DNA of 64,000 bases, taken from the NCBI RefSeq assembly GCF_058153355.1, contig NZ_CM177019.1; one strand, given 5' to 3'. Positions 24,963 through 37,320 of this stretch are shown here, piece after piece. The notes beneath the pieces are model-generated. The model was given only the letters and a program-made list of their open reading frames with translations. It was not told the DNA's origin and did not search any database. The position numbers and the translations under genes were made by a program. Numbering within the stretch: position 1 is the stretch's first letter; each line of letters starts with the position of its first letter.

Positions 24963-25955
24963 ATGGTGAAATTGACGTTATGTATAGCCATTGATTTCAT
25001 GAATATGTCGCAGCTAACTGAACGGACCTTTACGCCATCTGACTCTCTCAGCAGCCTGTCACTTTTTCTTAGCCTGGCACGTGGACAGTGTCGGCCGGGT
25101 AAATTTTGGCATCGCCGTAGTTTTCGCCAGAAATTTTTGCTGCGCTCGTTGATTATGCCGCGTTTAAGCGTTGAGTGGATGAACGAACTTTCCCACTGGC
25201 CTAATCTCCATGTGTTGTTAACGCGCCAGCCGCGACTGCCTGTGCGTCTGCATCGCCCTTACCTTGCGGCGAATCTTAGCCGCAAGCAATTGCTGGAGGC
25301 GTTACGTTACCATTATGCATTGCTCCGTGCCTGCATGTCGGCAGAAGAATTCAGCTTATATTTGAATACTCCCGGGCTGCAACTGGCGAAGCTGGAAGGC
25401 AAAAACGGCGAGCAGTTCACACTTGAGCTGACCATGATGATCTCAATGGATAAAGAAGGTGACAGCACAATCCTGTTCCGCAACAGCGAAGGTATTCCTC
25501 TGGCAGAGATCACCTTTACTCTGTGTGAATACCAGGGGAAAAGAACAATGTTTATTGGCGGGCTGCAAGGTGCGAAATGGGAAATTCCACATCAGGAAAT
25601 CCAGAATGCGACGAAAGCCTGCCACGGGCTATTTCCCAAACGTCTCGTGATGGAAGCGGCCTGTCTGTTTGCCCAACGTTTGCAGGTAGAGCAGATCATT
25701 GCCGTCAGCAATGAAACGCATATTTACCGCAGCCTGCGTTATCGCGATAAAGAGGGCAAGATCCATGCAGATTACAACGCTTTCTGGGAATCGGTTGGCG
25801 GCGTATGTGACGCTGAACGCCATTACCGCCTTCCGGCACAGATAGCACGAAAAGAGATTGCCGAAATCGCCAGTAAAAAACGGGCTGAATATCGTCGGCG
25901 CTATGAGATGCTCGACACTATTCAGCCACAAATGGCCACGATGTTTTGTAGTTAA
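24963..25955 (+). CDS. ybjX: VirK/YbjX-family protein (DUF535)
   Basis: 330-aa ORF in the conserved position between macA and ybjD; exact start uncertain. Confidence 0.85.
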   Translation: MVKLTLCIAIDFMNMSQLTERTFTPSDSLSSLSLFLSLARGQCRPGKFWHRRSFRQKFLLRSLIMPRLSVEWMNELSHWPNLHVLLTRQPRLPVRLHRPYLAANLSRKQLLEALRYHYALLRACMSAEEFSLYLNTPGLQLAKLEGKNGEQFTLELTMMISMDKEGDSTILFRNSEGIPLAEITFTLCEYQGKRTMFIGGLQGAKWEIPHQEIQNATKACHGLFPKRLVMEAACLFAQRLQVEQIIAVSNETHIYRSLRYRDKEGKIHADYNAFWESVGGVCDAERHYRLPAQIARKEIAEIASKKRAEYRRRYEMLDTIQPQMATMFCS

Positions 25956-27610
25956 TCTGCCCGACCGCGCGCCAGCCACAGCACGCGTGAGAACATTTTT
26001 TTCAGCAGCGTCGGTACGGAGTCCACACCACGACGGCCGGCCTCCATTGCCACTTCAATGGCAAGATCGGGTTTGGAAGAGCGATGGATCGCTTTCGAGA
26101 TAATTTTACGCAGATTCATCGGCACATTTTCCGGGATCTGCGCCACGCGGTGGAACACATCGGAAAATCCCTGGCGATACATAAAATGTTCCATATCCAG
26201 CGCCGGTAACGCCGTTAAATGTTCTCGTTCGGCTTCCCGATCGTTATTCAACAGGCTGCGTACCGTAGCGGCATACTTCTTCCCGGCTTCATCGCCATCG
26301 ACCAGTACATGCCATTCAATCCCCATTCGACGGGCAAATTTAACCAGTGGCTTTAGCCCGGACTGGGCAAACTCAATGACCTTGATCCCTTCGGCATCAA
26401 AATGATGTCCACACTGACGCGCCAGTTCATTGATAACCCAGGTTTCCGTTTCGCCTTCCACCAGCAGCCAGCAGCGAGCAAACAGCGATGACGGACGGTT
26501 AAAACGAATGTGGAAAGAGATACGTCGGCTGTCTTCGGTACTCAAGCCACTCGGCCCCAGACGCCAGGCGGCAACGCGAGAGGACTCACGTACCAGACGG
26601 CAAACATGCTCTACCGGCGTTAACGAAAGCAACTCACCCGAGTTGGTGGTGGCAATGCGCTGCAATGGCAGAAGATTCAACAGATGCCAGGCAACTGAAA
26701 GCATAATAGGGTGTAAACGCGTTTCTGGATCTTCAATCAGCAATAATGGACGTGCGTCTTTATCCAGCCGCAATGTGCCTTTTGCCTGCAATAAAGTAGC
26801 AAACAGGCCGAGCAAAATAACCCGATACGAGCGCCCTCCAGGCCGGTCAATCATCCGGTTGATGATATCCAGATAGCGCCAGCTTCGTTGCTCATTACTG
26901 GCCCGCCGCCGCATTAAACGATATCGCGCTTGTCCAGCCCCCTGCTCAGAGAAATAATGCTCAAGCAGCTGCACCATTGCGGAAAGTCCCTGACGAATCT
27001 GTCCATCAGAGAGATTTTGCGGATGTGAGGATAACTCACGGGCGAGGAAATCGAGCTGGCGCGCGGTGACTTCCACATTAGGGACATTTGGCACCGTGCC
27101 GCTACGAATACGGCGCATAAAGCGGGCATCACGCAAGCGCAACACCGGCATTAAACGCACCAGATGGCGTGCCTGATCGTTAATATCCTCGACATCAATC
27201 GGATGTCCGTCTTTATCGAGAAAACTGCGGAGTGTCATCACACTGCCATCTTCCGCACTCTCCCCTTCCAGGCGATAAAAAATTCGATGATAACCATCGG
27301 TGCATGGCGTCCAGCATGCTTCCAACGGTCGATAGCGGCGTACCCGATGACGGCCTGGCAGCGATTCGCGGAAGGTCAAAATAATATGCAGATGATGTTC
27401 CCGCCCGTTGATATCTCCCGGCGGAAACCAGAAATCGTCGCGCTCAAAATGGTAGAGATCTGATTCTGGCGATAGCAGCAGGGTTAAGGCGTCCAGCAAG
27501 CTGGATTTACCCCACGCGTTCTCCCCAATCAGGACGTTGTTTTGTTCCAGCATCAACGATAAACGGTTGATACCGCGAAAACCCACAATTTCAACGCGCT
27601 CAAGAATCAT
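25952..27610 (-). CDS. ybjD: OLD-family ATP-dependent nuclease-like protein YbjD
   Basis: 552-aa ORF; N-terminal P-loop ATPase (GENAWGKSS), C-terminal Toprim-like region; conserved position. Confidence 0.9.
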   Translation of the reverse strand: MILERVEIVGFRGINRLSLMLEQNNVLIGENAWGKSSLLDALTLLLSPESDLYHFERDDFWFPPGDINGREHHLHIILTFRESLPGRHRVRRYRPLEACWTPCTDGYHRIFYRLEGESAEDGSVMTLRSFLDKDGHPIDVEDINDQARHLVRLMPVLRLRDARFMRRIRSGTVPNVPNVEVTARQLDFLARELSSHPQNLSDGQIRQGLSAMVQLLEHYFSEQGAGQARYRLMRRRASNEQRSWRYLDIINRMIDRPGGRSYRVILLGLFATLLQAKGTLRLDKDARPLLLIEDPETRLHPIMLSVAWHLLNLLPLQRIATTNSGELLSLTPVEHVCRLVRESSRVAAWRLGPSGLSTEDSRRISFHIRFNRPSSLFARCWLLVEGETETWVINELARQCGHHFDAEGIKVIEFAQSGLKPLVKFARRMGIEWHVLVDGDEAGKKYAATVRSLLNNDREAEREHLTALPALDMEHFMYRQGFSDVFHRVAQIPENVPMNLRKIISKAIHRSSKPDLAIEVAMEAGRRGVDSVPTLLKKMFSRVLWLARGRAD

Positions 27611-28035
27611 ATCCCCTCCAGAAATATGTGACTTATCCTTTACGCTGGCAGTATAACGGGAAAGGCCTTGCTAATACGTGATGACATCACATTTAAGCAT
27701 GGCAAATGTCTGAAAAATGAGCGAATAATCGCGTTATACTCCCTCTTGCTGATAAGTCTGCAAAAACAACAAAATCAAATAATTAGCATGATAAATTATT
27801 TTTTATTACGCCTAAAGGATTAAATCTTTTGCTTGCACTACACTGTCAATCAGACAAATGACTATATGGGGCAACCCGCTGTTGCCCTAAATCAAATTTA
27901 CTGGATTTATTTATCTGGTGAATGACTCGCCTTCGTTTTTAAAATAGCCGCGCATTATTTCCGTCGTCACTTTTTTACGACGCCCCTATAAAACGACCAT
28001 ATTTTTCACAGGGTCAATTTTTAATTGAGGTGGAT

Positions 28036-28731
28036 ATGTTCAGAAAATTAGCAGCTGAATGTTTTGGTACTTTCTGGCTTGTTTTTGGTGGCTGTGGTAG
28101 TGCCGTACTGGCCGCAGGCTTCCCGGAATTAGGCATTGGTTTTACCGGCGTAGCGCTGGCATTCGGTTTAACCGTTCTGACGATGGCCTTCGCTGTTGGT
28201 CATATTTCTGGTGGTCATTTTAACCCGGCGGTCACTATTGGCTTATGGGCTGGCGGACGTTTTCCGACAAAAGAAGTCGTTGGCTACGTAATTGCCCAGG
28301 TTGTCGGCGGTATTGTTGCAGCGGCGCTGCTGTATTTAATTGCCAGTGGTAAAACGGGTTTTGACGCGGCAGCCAGCGGCTTTGCTTCTAACGGTTATGG
28401 CGAGCATTCACCAGGCGGTTATTCCATGCTTTCCGCGCTGGTGGTTGAACTGGTATTGAGTGCAGGTTTCCTGCTGGTGATCCACGGCGCAACCGACAAA
28501 TTCGCTCCGGCGGGTTTTGCACCAATTGCCATTGGTCTGGCATTAACCCTGATTCACTTAATCAGTATTCCGGTGACTAACACTTCTGTTAACCCGGCGC
28601 GCAGTACTGCGGTTGCCATCTTCCAGGGCGGCTGGGCGTTAGAACAACTGTGGTTCTTCTGGGTAGTGCCAATTATCGGCGGTATTATCGGTGGTCTGAT
28701 TTACCGGACTCTGCTGGAAAAACGTAATTAA
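28036..28731 (+). CDS. aqpZ: Aquaporin Z
   Basis: ORF track starts at GTG 28030; the ATG at 28036 gives [19 protein letters not shown]; two NPA motifs. Confidence 0.95.
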   Translation: MFRKLAAECFGTFWLVFGGCGSAVLAAGFPELGIGFTGVALAFGLTVLTMAFAVGHISGGHFNPAVTIGLWAGGRFPTKEVVGYVIAQVVGGIVAAALLYLIASGKTGFDAAASGFASNGYGEHSPGGYSMLSALVVELVLSAGFLLVIHGATDKFAPAGFAPIAIGLALTLIHLISIPVTNTSVNPARSTAVAIFQGGWALEQLWFFWVVPIIGGIIGGLIYRTLLEKRN

Positions 28732-28741
28732 TTAACGCAGA

Positions 28742-28769
28742 AGGCCTGGCGCAATGTCAGGCCTTTTTT
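28742..28769 (+). terminator. Rho-independent terminator after aqpZ
   Basis: AGGCCTG-loop-CAGGCCT hairpin followed by T6. Confidence 0.65.
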
Positions 28770-29215
28770 AAATATATTGATTCATCTTCCTGTTGCGCTC
28801 CTTGATGTGTTAAGCCACATATAGTCACTGGCGCAGGGAGCGCGCAGGGGGCGGCCAATCGCCGCCGCCCCCTGCACCCCCGGGCTCTGGCGAACAAAAT
28901 CGCCGCTGCGCGGTGCCCTCGACTTATCCCTTGCGGCTACCGGGTCGGGCGCGAGGTAACATCCCGGTAAAACGCGCCCTCAGCCCACATCCATGTGGGC
29001 TGCCCCGGCCTTCAGGGAACGCCTCGGCGATTTTGACGCCACCAACACCGGTGCGGTTTGTAATTAAAGCGCAAGAATATCTTTAAATGAAAATGAATAC
29101 CCTACCGATCCTTATGCATAACATTTCCTTTTAATTGCAACTTTACTCGTCCTTCCGCTTTCAGTAGTGTGTCATCGCGCATTTCGACTTCTTTCTTTGC
29201 AAGGACTGGTTTTTC

Positions 29216-30115
29216 ATGTTTTCTGGGCTGTTAATCATTCTGGTTCCCCTGATTGTGGGTTACCTCATTCCGCTTCGCCAAAAAGCTGCATTAAAAGTTA
29301 TTAATCAGCTATTAAGTTGGATGGTTTACCTCATTCTCTTTTTTATGGGTATCAGTCTGGCGTTTCTCGATAACCTCGCCAGTAACCTGTTGGCGATTCT
29401 GCATTATTCCGCCGTCAGTATTACCGTTATTTTACTGTGTAATATTGCCGCACTGATGTGGCTGGAGCGAGGCCTGCCGTGGCGCAACCACCATCAGCAA
29501 GAAAAACTCCCGTCACGTATTGCGATGGCGCTGGAGTCCCTCAAGCTCTGCGGTGTGGTGGTGATTGGCTTTGCTATTGGCCTTAGCGGATTAGGTTTCT
29601 TACAACACGCTACGGAAGCCAGCGAATACACGTTAATTCTGCTACTTTTCCTCGTCGGTATTCAGTTGCGCAATAATGGCATGACCTTAAAGCAGATTGT
29701 CCTTAATCGCCGGGGAATGATTGTCGCCGTGGTGGTGGTTGCCAGTTCATTAATTGGTGGTTTAATTAACGCCTTTATTCTTGATCTTCCCATCAATACC
29801 GCGCTGGCAATGGCATCCGGTTTCGGCTGGTATTCTCTTTCCGGTATTTTATTGACCGAATCTTTTGGTCCGGTAATCGGGAGCGCGGCGTTTTTTAATG
29901 ATTTGGCCCGTGAGCTGATTGCTATTATGTTGATCCCTGGGCTGATTCGCCGTAGCCGCTCGACTGCACTGGGCTTATGCGGTGCAACCTCGATGGATTT
30001 CACCCTGCCCGTTCTTCAACGTACTGGCGGGCTGGATATGGTCCCGGCGGCGATTGTTCACGGTTTTATTCTCAGCCTGTTAGTACCTATCCTCATCGCC
30101 TTTTTCTCCGCGTAA
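29216..30115 (+). CDS. lysO: Lysine exporter LysO (YbjE)
   Basis: 299-aa polytopic membrane ORF in the conserved position. Confidence 0.9.
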   Translation: MFSGLLIILVPLIVGYLIPLRQKAALKVINQLLSWMVYLILFFMGISLAFLDNLASNLLAILHYSAVSITVILLCNIAALMWLERGLPWRNHHQQEKLPSRIAMALESLKLCGVVVIGFAIGLSGLGFLQHATEASEYTLILLLFLVGIQLRNNGMTLKQIVLNRRGMIVAVVVVASSLIGGLINAFILDLPINTALAMASGFGWYSLSGILLTESFGPVIGSAAFFNDLARELIAIMLIPGLIRRSRSTALGLCGATSMDFTLPVLQRTGGLDMVPAAIVHGFILSLLVPILIAFFSA

Positions 30116-30148
30116 TACCTCTCTGGCGGTAGATCCCTGCCGCCAAAA

Positions 30149-30162
30149 TTGCGCTAAATCAA
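30149..30162 (+). promoter_or_regulatory. Candidate FNR box upstream of hcp (TTGCGCTAAATCAA)
   Basis: Partial match to TTGAT-N4-ATCAA about 100 bp upstream of hcp; hcp-hcr is known to be anaerobically induced. Confidence 0.4.
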
Positions 30163-30221
30163 TCTCCCTTAAAGTTGCATGAAAAATCCCTTTTATCCCC
30201 GTGTTAAGCGTCTTAATCTTA

Positions 30222-30244
30222 AACATGCATATCAAATATAACTT
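30222..30244 (+). promoter_or_regulatory. Candidate NsrR operator upstream of hcp
   Basis: AACATGCATAT-C-AAATATAACTT resembles the 11-1-11 NsrR inverted repeat; hcp is a known NsrR target. Confidence 0.3.
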
Positions 30245-30258
30245 TAAAAGGTGTGATC

Positions 30259-31911
30259 ATGTTTTGTGTGCAATGTGAACAAACTATCCGTACTCCGGCA
30301 GGAAACGGCTGCTCATACGCGCAGGGGATGTGTGGTAAAACGGCGGAAACCTCTGACCTTCAGGATTTACTCATTGCGGCGCTGCAAGGGCTTTCGGCCT
30401 GGGCGGTAAAAGCGCGTGAATACGGCATCATCAACCATGACGTTGACAGCTTCGCGCCGCGCGCATTTTTCTCAACCCTGACCAACGTTAATTTCGATTC
30501 TCCGCGTATTGTCGGCTACGCCCGTGAAGCAATTGCCCTGCGTGAGGCGCTGAAAGCACAGTGCCTGGCTGTAGATGCCAACGCCCGCGTCGATAACCCG
30601 ATGGCTGACCTGCAACTGGTGAGTGACGATCTCGGCGAGCTGCAACGTCAGGCGGCGGAATTTACTCCCAATAAAGATAAAGCGGCGATTGGCGAAAACA
30701 TTCTCGGCCTGCGTCTGCTCTGCCTGTATGGCCTGAAAGGTGCTGCCGCCTATATGGAACACGCGCACGTTCTCGGTCAATATGACAACGATATTTACGC
30801 CCAGTACCATAAAATCATGGCATGGCTGGGTACCTGGCCTGCCGATATGAACGCACTTCTCGAGTGCTCCATGGAAATCGGCCAGATGAACTTCAAAGTG
30901 ATGAGCATTCTGGACGCAGGCGAAACCGGTAAATACGGTCACCCGACGCCAACTCAGGTCAACGTCAAAGCGACGGCGGGTAAATGCATTCTGATTTCCG
31001 GTCACGATCTCAAAGATCTCTACAACTTGCTGGAACAGACCGAAGGCACGGGCGTTAATGTCTACACTCACGGCGAAATGCTGCCTGCCCACGGCTACCC
31101 GGAGCTGCGTAAATTCAAGCATCTGGTCGGTAACTACGGCAGCGGCTGGCAGAATCAGCAAGTAGAGTTCGCTCGTTTCCCTGGACCTATCGTGATGACC
31201 TCGAACTGTATCATCGACCCAACCGTAGGGGCTTATGACGATCGTATCTGGACCCGCAGCATCGTTGGCTGGCCGGGTGTGCGTCATCTGGACGGTGATG
31301 ATTTCTCAGCAGTTATTGCCCAGGCACAACAAATGGCGGGCTTCCCGTACAGCGAAATTCCGCACCTGATCACCGTGGGCTTTGGTCGTCAGACGCTGCT
31401 TGGCGCGGCGGATACGCTGATTGATCTGGTGAGCCGTGAAAAACTGCGTCATATCTTCCTGCTCGGTGGCTGTGACGGCGCACGCGGCGAGCGCCACTAC
31501 TTCACCGATTTCGCCACCAGCGTACCAGATGACTGCCTGATCCTGACTCTCGCCTGCGGTAAATATCGCTTTAACAAACTTGAGTTCGGCGATATCGAAG
31601 GTCTACCGCGTCTGGTAGATGCTGGTCAATGTAACGATGCTTACTCAGCGATTATTCTGGCTGTCACTTTGGCAGAAAAACTGGGCTGCGGTGTCAACGA
31701 TCTGCCGTTGTCGCTGGTACTCTCCTGGTTCGAACAAAAAGCGATTGTTATTCTGCTGACGCTGCTTTCTTTGGGCGTGAAAAATATCGTTACCGGCCCG
31801 ACTGCACCTGGCTTCCTGACGCCAGACCTGCTGGCGGTACTGAACGAGGAATTCGGCCTGCGTTCTATCACCACTGTTGAAGAAGATATGAAGCAACTGT
31901 TGAGCGCGTAA
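30259..31911 (+). CDS. hcp: Hybrid-cluster protein
   Basis: Start at [18 protein letters not shown] (N-terminal Cys cluster); 550 aa. Confidence 0.95.
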   Translation: MFCVQCEQTIRTPAGNGCSYAQGMCGKTAETSDLQDLLIAALQGLSAWAVKAREYGIINHDVDSFAPRAFFSTLTNVNFDSPRIVGYAREAIALREALKAQCLAVDANARVDNPMADLQLVSDDLGELQRQAAEFTPNKDKAAIGENILGLRLLCLYGLKGAAAYMEHAHVLGQYDNDIYAQYHKIMAWLGTWPADMNALLECSMEIGQMNFKVMSILDAGETGKYGHPTPTQVNVKATAGKCILISGHDLKDLYNLLEQTEGTGVNVYTHGEMLPAHGYPELRKFKHLVGNYGSGWQNQQVEFARFPGPIVMTSNCIIDPTVGAYDDRIWTRSIVGWPGVRHLDGDDFSAVIAQAQQMAGFPYSEIPHLITVGFGRQTLLGAADTLIDLVSREKLRHIFLLGGCDGARGERHYFTDFATSVPDDCLILTLACGKYRFNKLEFGDIEGLPRLVDAGQCNDAYSAIILAVTLAEKLGCGVNDLPLSLVLSWFEQKAIVILLTLLSLGVKNIVTGPTAPGFLTPDLLAVLNEEFGLRSITTVEEDMKQLLSA

Positions 31912-31922
31912 GGAGTTTGTCG

Positions 31923-32891
31923 ATGACGATGCCAACCAATCAATGCCCGTGGCGGATGCAGGTTCATCACATTACGCAAGAAACGCCGGATGTGTGGACG
32001 ATTTCCCTGATTTGCCACGATTACTACCCGTATCGCGCCGGGCAATATGCGCTGGTCAGCGTGCGAAACTCAGCGGAAACGCTGCGTGCTTACACCATTT
32101 CCTCCACGCCAGGCGTGAGTGAATACATCACTCTGACCGTGCGGCAGATTGATGACGGTGTCGGTTCCCAGTGGCTGACCCGCGATGTAAAACGCGGTGA
32201 CTACCTCTGGCTTTCGGACGCGATGGGGGAATTTACCTGCGACGATAAAGCAGAAGATAAATTCCTGTTGCTGGCGGCCGGCTGCGGCGTCACACCGATT
32301 ATGTCGATGCGTCGCTGGCTGGCGAAAAATCGCCCGCAGGCGGATGTGCAGGTGATCTACAACGTGCGTACGCCGCAGGATGTCATTTTCGCGGATGAGT
32401 GGCGTAATTACCCGGTGACACTGGTAGCGGAAAACGATGTTACGGAGGGATTCGTTGCCGGACGTCTGACACGTGAACTGCTGACAAGCGTTCCTGATTT
32501 AGCCTCTCGTACTGTGATGACCTGTGGCCCGGCTCCGTATATGGATTGGGTAGAACAGGAAGTGAAAGCGCTCGGCGTGACGCGTTTCTTTAAAGAGAAG
32601 TTCTTTACGCCAGTGGCGGAAGCAGCAACCAGCGGTCTGAAATTCACCAAACTGCAACCGGCGCAAGAATTTTACGCACCTGTTGGCACCACACTGCTGG
32701 AGGCGCTGGAAAGCAATAAAGTTCCGGTTGTCGCCGCCTGCCGTGCGGGTGTTTGCGGCTGCTGTAAAACGAAGGTGGTTTCCGGTGAATATACGGTGAG
32801 CAGCACGATGACGCTGACCGACGCCGAAATCGCTGAAGGTTACGTACTGGCCTGCTCCTGCCATCCGCAGGGGGATTTGGTTCTCGCATAA
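31923..32891 (+). CDS. hcr: NADH oxidoreductase for Hcp
   Basis: Start at ATG 31923 (MTMPTNQ) with AGGAG SD 7 nt upstream; C-terminal 2Fe-2S Cys motif CRAGVCGCC. Confidence 0.94.
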   Translation: MTMPTNQCPWRMQVHHITQETPDVWTISLICHDYYPYRAGQYALVSVRNSAETLRAYTISSTPGVSEYITLTVRQIDDGVGSQWLTRDVKRGDYLWLSDAMGEFTCDDKAEDKFLLLAAGCGVTPIMSMRRWLAKNRPQADVQVIYNVRTPQDVIFADEWRNYPVTLVAENDVTEGFVAGRLTRELLTSVPDLASRTVMTCGPAPYMDWVEQEVKALGVTRFFKEKFFTPVAEAATSGLKFTKLQPAQEFYAPVGTTLLEALESNKVPVVAACRAGVCGCCKTKVVSGEYTVSSTMTLTDAEIAEGYVLACSCHPQGDLVLA

Positions 32892-33023
32892 TCGTATTAT
32901 GCCCGATGATATACCTGTCATCGGGCAGTTTAACCGTTAGTGCCTCATTTTTCTCCCACCCCATCCCCCTCCGTCAGATGAACTAAACTTGTTACCGTTA
33001 TCACATTCAGGAGATGGAGAACC

Positions 33024-34742
33024 ATGAAACAAACGGTTGCAGCTTATATCGCCAAAACACTCGAATCAGCAGGGGTAAAACGCATTTGGGGAGTGACTGG
33101 CGACTCTCTGAACGGTCTTAGCGACAGTCTTAATCGCATGGGCACCATCGAGTGGATGTCCACCCGTCATGAAGAAGTGGCGGCCTTTGCCGCTGGCGCT
33201 GAAGCCCAACTTAGCGGAGAACTGGCGGTCTGCGCCGGATCATGCGGACCTGGCAACCTGCACTTAATCAACGGTTTGTTCGATTGTCACCGTAATCACG
33301 TTCCGGTACTGGCAATTGCCGCTCATATCCCTTCCAGCGAAATTGGCAGCGGCTATTTCCAGGAAACCCACCCGCAAGAGTTATTCCGCGAATGTAGCCA
33401 TTATTGCGAGCTGGTTTCCAGCCCGGAGCAGATCCCACAAGTGCTGGCGATTGCTATGCGTAAAGCGGTGCTAAACCGTGGCGTTTCCGTTGTCGTGTTA
33501 CCGGGCGACGTGGCGTTAAAACCGGCTCCGGAAGGGGCAACCACGCACTGGTATCATGCGCCACAACCAGTCGTCAGCCCAGAAGAGGAAGAGTTACGCA
33601 AACTGGCGCAACTGCTGCGTTACTCCAGCAATATCGCTCTGATGTGTGGCAGCGGTTGCGCGGGGGCGCATAAAGAGCTCGTCGAGTTTGCCGGAAAAAT
33701 TAAAGCGCCAATTGTTCATGCCCTGCGCGGTAAAGAGCATGTCGAATACGATAATCCGTATGGTGTCGGAATGACGGGATTAATCGGCTTCTCGTCAGGT
33801 TTTCATACCATGATGAACGCCGACACGTTAGTGCTGCTCGGCACCCAATTCCCCTACCGTGCGTTCTACCCGACCGATGCCAAAATTATTCAGATTGATA
33901 TCAACCCGGCCAGCATCGGCGCGCACAGTAAGGTGGATATGGCACTGGTCGGTGATATCAAATCGACTCTGCGTGCATTGCTGCCTTTAGTGGAAGAAAA
34001 AACCGATCGCAAATTTCTGGATAAAGCGCTGGAAGATTACCGCGATGCCCGCAAAGGGCTGGACGATTTAGCTAAACCGAGTGAGAAAGCCATTCACCCA
34101 CAATATCTGGCGCAGCAAATTAGCCATTTTGCTGCCGATGACGCCATTTTCACCTGTGATGTCGGCACACCAACGGTATGGGCGGCGCGTTATCTGAAAA
34201 TGAACGGCAAGCGCCGCCTGTTAGGTTCGTTTAACCACGGTTCAATGGCTAATGCCATGCCTCAGGCGCTGGGCGCGCAGGCAACCGAGCCGGAACGACA
34301 GGTGGTCGCCATGTGCGGTGATGGCGGTTTCAGTATGTTGATGGGCGATTTTCTCTCAGTGGTACAAATGAAGTTGCCGGTAAAAATTATCGTCTTTAAC
34401 AACAGTGTGCTGGGCTTTGTGGCGATGGAGATGAAAGCCGGAGGCTACCTGACTGACGGCACCGAACTGCACGACACCAACTTTGCCCGCATTGCTGAAG
34501 CGTGCGGTATTACGGGCATCCGCGTAGAAAAAGCCGCTGAAGTCGATGAAGCCTTGCAACGCGCCTTTTCCATCGACGGCCCGGTGCTGGTGGATGTGGT
34601 AGTTGCGAAAGAAGAGTTAGCCATTCCGCCGCAGATCAAACTCGAACAGGCCAAAGGATTTAGCCTGTATATGTTGCGCGCAATCATCAGCGGACGCGGT
34701 GACGAAGTGATCGAACTGGCGAAAACGAACTGGCTAAGGTAA
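33024..34742 (+). CDS. poxB: Pyruvate oxidase (ubiquinone)
   Basis: 572-aa ORF; thiamine-diphosphate motif GDGGF. Confidence 0.96.
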   Translation: MKQTVAAYIAKTLESAGVKRIWGVTGDSLNGLSDSLNRMGTIEWMSTRHEEVAAFAAGAEAQLSGELAVCAGSCGPGNLHLINGLFDCHRNHVPVLAIAAHIPSSEIGSGYFQETHPQELFRECSHYCELVSSPEQIPQVLAIAMRKAVLNRGVSVVVLPGDVALKPAPEGATTHWYHAPQPVVSPEEEELRKLAQLLRYSSNIALMCGSGCAGAHKELVEFAGKIKAPIVHALRGKEHVEYDNPYGVGMTGLIGFSSGFHTMMNADTLVLLGTQFPYRAFYPTDAKIIQIDINPASIGAHSKVDMALVGDIKSTLRALLPLVEEKTDRKFLDKALEDYRDARKGLDDLAKPSEKAIHPQYLAQQISHFAADDAIFTCDVGTPTVWAARYLKMNGKRRLLGSFNHGSMANAMPQALGAQATEPERQVVAMCGDGGFSMLMGDFLSVVQMKLPVKIIVFNNSVLGFVAMEMKAGGYLTDGTELHDTNFARIAEACGITGIRVEKAAEVDEALQRAFSIDGPVLVDVVVAKEELAIPPQIKLEQAKGFSLYMLRAIISGRGDEVIELAKTNWLR

Positions 34743-34779
34743 AAAGGGTGGCATTTCCTGTCATAAATAAGGACATGCC

Positions 34780-35781
34780 ATGATTGATTTACGCAGTGAT
34801 ACCGTTACCCGACCGAGCCGCGCCATGCTCGAAGCAATGATGGCCGCCCCGGTTGGGGACGACGTTTACGGAGACGACCCTACCGTTAATGCTCTGCAGG
34901 ACTATGCGGCAGAGCTTTCCGGGAAAGAAGCCGCCATTTTTCTGCCTACCGGCACTCAGGCCAACCTGGTCGCTCTGCTCAGTCACTGCGAGCGCGGCGA
35001 AGAGTATATTGTCGGTCAGGCCGCGCATAACTATCTGTTTGAAGCCGGTGGCGCAGCGGTGCTGGGCAGTATTCAGCCGCAACCCATCGATGCTGACGCC
35101 GACGGTACGCTACCGCTGGATAAAGTCGCCATGAAAATCAAACCCGACGATATCCATTTCGCCCGCACCAAATTACTCAGTCTGGAAAACACCCACAATG
35201 GAAAAGTGCTGCCGCGGGAATACCTGAAAGAAGCATGGGAATTTACTCGCGAGCGCAATCTGGCACTGCATGTTGACGGGGCGCGCATCTTTAATGCCGT
35301 GGTGGCTTACGGCTGCGAACTGAAAGAGATCACGCAATATTGTGATTCGTTCACCATTTGTCTGTCGAAAGGTCTTGGTACGCCAGTCGGTTCATTACTG
35401 GTCGGCAATCGTGATTACATTAAACGCGCCATCCGCTGGCGGAAAATGACTGGCGGCGGGATGCGTCAATCCGGCATTCTGGCTGCCGCAGGGATGTATG
35501 CGCTGAAAAATAACGTCGCACGCTTGCAGGAAGACCACGACAACGCAGCCTGGATGGCGGAGCAGTTGCGTGAAGCAGGCGCGGATGTGATGCGTCAGGA
35601 CACCAATATGCTGTTTGTTCGCGTCGGACAAGAAAATGCTGCCGCGTTAGGCGAATACATGAAAGCGAGAAACGTACTGATTAACGCCTCGCCGATTGTC
35701 CGCTTGGTAACCCATCTTGATGTCTCGCGTGAACAACTGGCAGAAGTCGCAGCCCACTGGCGCGCTTTCCTGGCGCGTTAA
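34780..35781 (+). CDS. ltaE: Low-specificity L-threonine aldolase
   Basis: 333-aa [16 protein letters not shown]...; PLP-fold aldolase. Confidence 0.94.
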   Translation: MIDLRSDTVTRPSRAMLEAMMAAPVGDDVYGDDPTVNALQDYAAELSGKEAAIFLPTGTQANLVALLSHCERGEEYIVGQAAHNYLFEAGGAAVLGSIQPQPIDADADGTLPLDKVAMKIKPDDIHFARTKLLSLENTHNGKVLPREYLKEAWEFTRERNLALHVDGARIFNAVVAYGCELKEITQYCDSFTICLSKGLGTPVGSLLVGNRDYIKRAIRWRKMTGGGMRQSGILAAAGMYALKNNVARLQEDHDNAAWMAEQLREAGADVMRQDTNMLFVRVGQENAAALGEYMKARNVLINASPIVRLVTHLDVSREQLAEVAAHWRAFLAR

Positions 35782-35791
35782 GGAGAGAGAC

Positions 35792-37222
35792 GTGCCGCAA
35801 CGCATTTTAGTTCTCGGTGCCAGTGGCTATATTGGTCAGCATCTGGTGCACGCGCTCAGCCAACAAGGGCATCAGATCCTGGCGGCAGCACGTCACGTCG
35901 ACAGGCTTGCAAAACTGCAACTGGCAAACGTCAGTTGCCATAAAGTCGATCTCAGCTGGCCGGATAACCTTCCGGCCCTGTTGCAGAATATCAATACCGT
36001 CTATTTTCTGGTGCACAGCATGGGCGAAGGCGGTGATTTTATCGCTCAGGAACGCCAGGTAGCTCTTAACGTCCGCGATGCGCTGCGCGAAGCACCGGTT
36101 AAACAATTAATCTTTCTCAGTTCATTGCAGGCCCCGCCTCACGAGCAGTCGGACCATCTGCGCGCCCGTCAGGCTACGGCGGATATTCTTCGTGAAGCGG
36201 GTGTCCCAGTGACCGAATTGCGCGCCGGAATTATCGTTGGTGCAGGTTCAGCAGCGTTCGAAGTCATGCGCGATATGGTCTACAACCTGCCAGTGTTAAC
36301 GCCGCCACGCTGGGTTCGTTCACGCACCACGCCCATCGCGCTGGAAAACTTGCTGCACTATCTGGTGGCGCTGTTAGATCATCCGGCCAGCGAACACCGC
36401 ATCTTCGAAGCCGCCGGACCAGAGGTGCTCAGTTATCAGCAACAGTTTGAACATTTTATGGCGGTGAGCGGTAAGCGCCGCTGGTTAATCCCCATCCCCT
36501 TTCCCACCCGCTGGATTTCGGTGTGGTTTCTCAATGTGATTACTTCCGTACCGCCAACCACCGCCAAAGCGTTGATTCAGGGGCTGAAACATGATCTGCT
36601 GGCGGATGACACCGCGCTACGTGCACTCATCCCACAACGGCTGATCGCTTTCGATGACGCGGTACGTCGCACCCTGAAAGAAGAAGAAAAGCTGGTCAAC
36701 TCCAGCGACTGGGGATACGACGCTCAGGCCTTTGCCCGCTGGCGACCGGAGTACGGTTATTTCGCCAAACAGGCGGGGTTTACCGTTAAAACGTCCGCCA
36801 GCCTTGCGGCTTTATGGCAGGTGGTGAATCAAATCGGCGGTAAAGAGCGTTATTTCTTTGGCAATATTTTGTGGCAAACCCGGGCGTTGATGGACCGCGC
36901 GATCGGTCATAAGCTGGCGAAAGGCCGCCCGGAGCGTGAATATTTGCAGACCGGAGATGCAGTGGATAGCTGGAAAGTGATTGTCGTTGAACCGGAAAAA
37001 CAACTTACGCTGTTATTTGGCATGAAAGCGCCGGGGCTGGGACGACTGTGTTTTACCCTGGAAGATAAAGGTGACTATCGTACTATCGATGTTCGCGCAT
37101 TCTGGCATCCGCACGGTATGCCGGGGCTGTTTTACTGGTTACTGATGATCCCCGCGCATCTGTTTATTTTTCGCGGAATGGCAAAACGAATCGCCAGACT
37201 GGCAGAACAAAGCACAGATTAA
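35792..37222 (+). CDS. ybjT: NAD(P)-binding Rossmann-fold protein YbjT
   Basis: GTG start at 35792 preceded by AGGAGAG; [12 protein letters not shown] dinucleotide-binding motif; 476 aa. Confidence 0.88.
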   Translation: MPQRILVLGASGYIGQHLVHALSQQGHQILAAARHVDRLAKLQLANVSCHKVDLSWPDNLPALLQNINTVYFLVHSMGEGGDFIAQERQVALNVRDALREAPVKQLIFLSSLQAPPHEQSDHLRARQATADILREAGVPVTELRAGIIVGAGSAAFEVMRDMVYNLPVLTPPRWVRSRTTPIALENLLHYLVALLDHPASEHRIFEAAGPEVLSYQQQFEHFMAVSGKRRWLIPIPFPTRWISVWFLNVITSVPPTTAKALIQGLKHDLLADDTALRALIPQRLIAFDDAVRRTLKEEEKLVNSSDWGYDAQAFARWRPEYGYFAKQAGFTVKTSASLAALWQVVNQIGGKERYFFGNILWQTRALMDRAIGHKLAKGRPEREYLQTGDAVDSWKVIVVEPEKQLTLLFGMKAPGLGRLCFTLEDKGDYRTIDVRAFWHPHGMPGLFYWLLMIPAHLFIFRGMAKRIARLAEQSTD

Positions 37223-37320
37223 TCGACAAAACCTGCGTTATTCTTTCACGTTTCCCATTGCATCAAGGGGGAAATCACGGAAGAATGCGCACGTCATTTT
37301 CTCAACAACAGTGGATTGAT

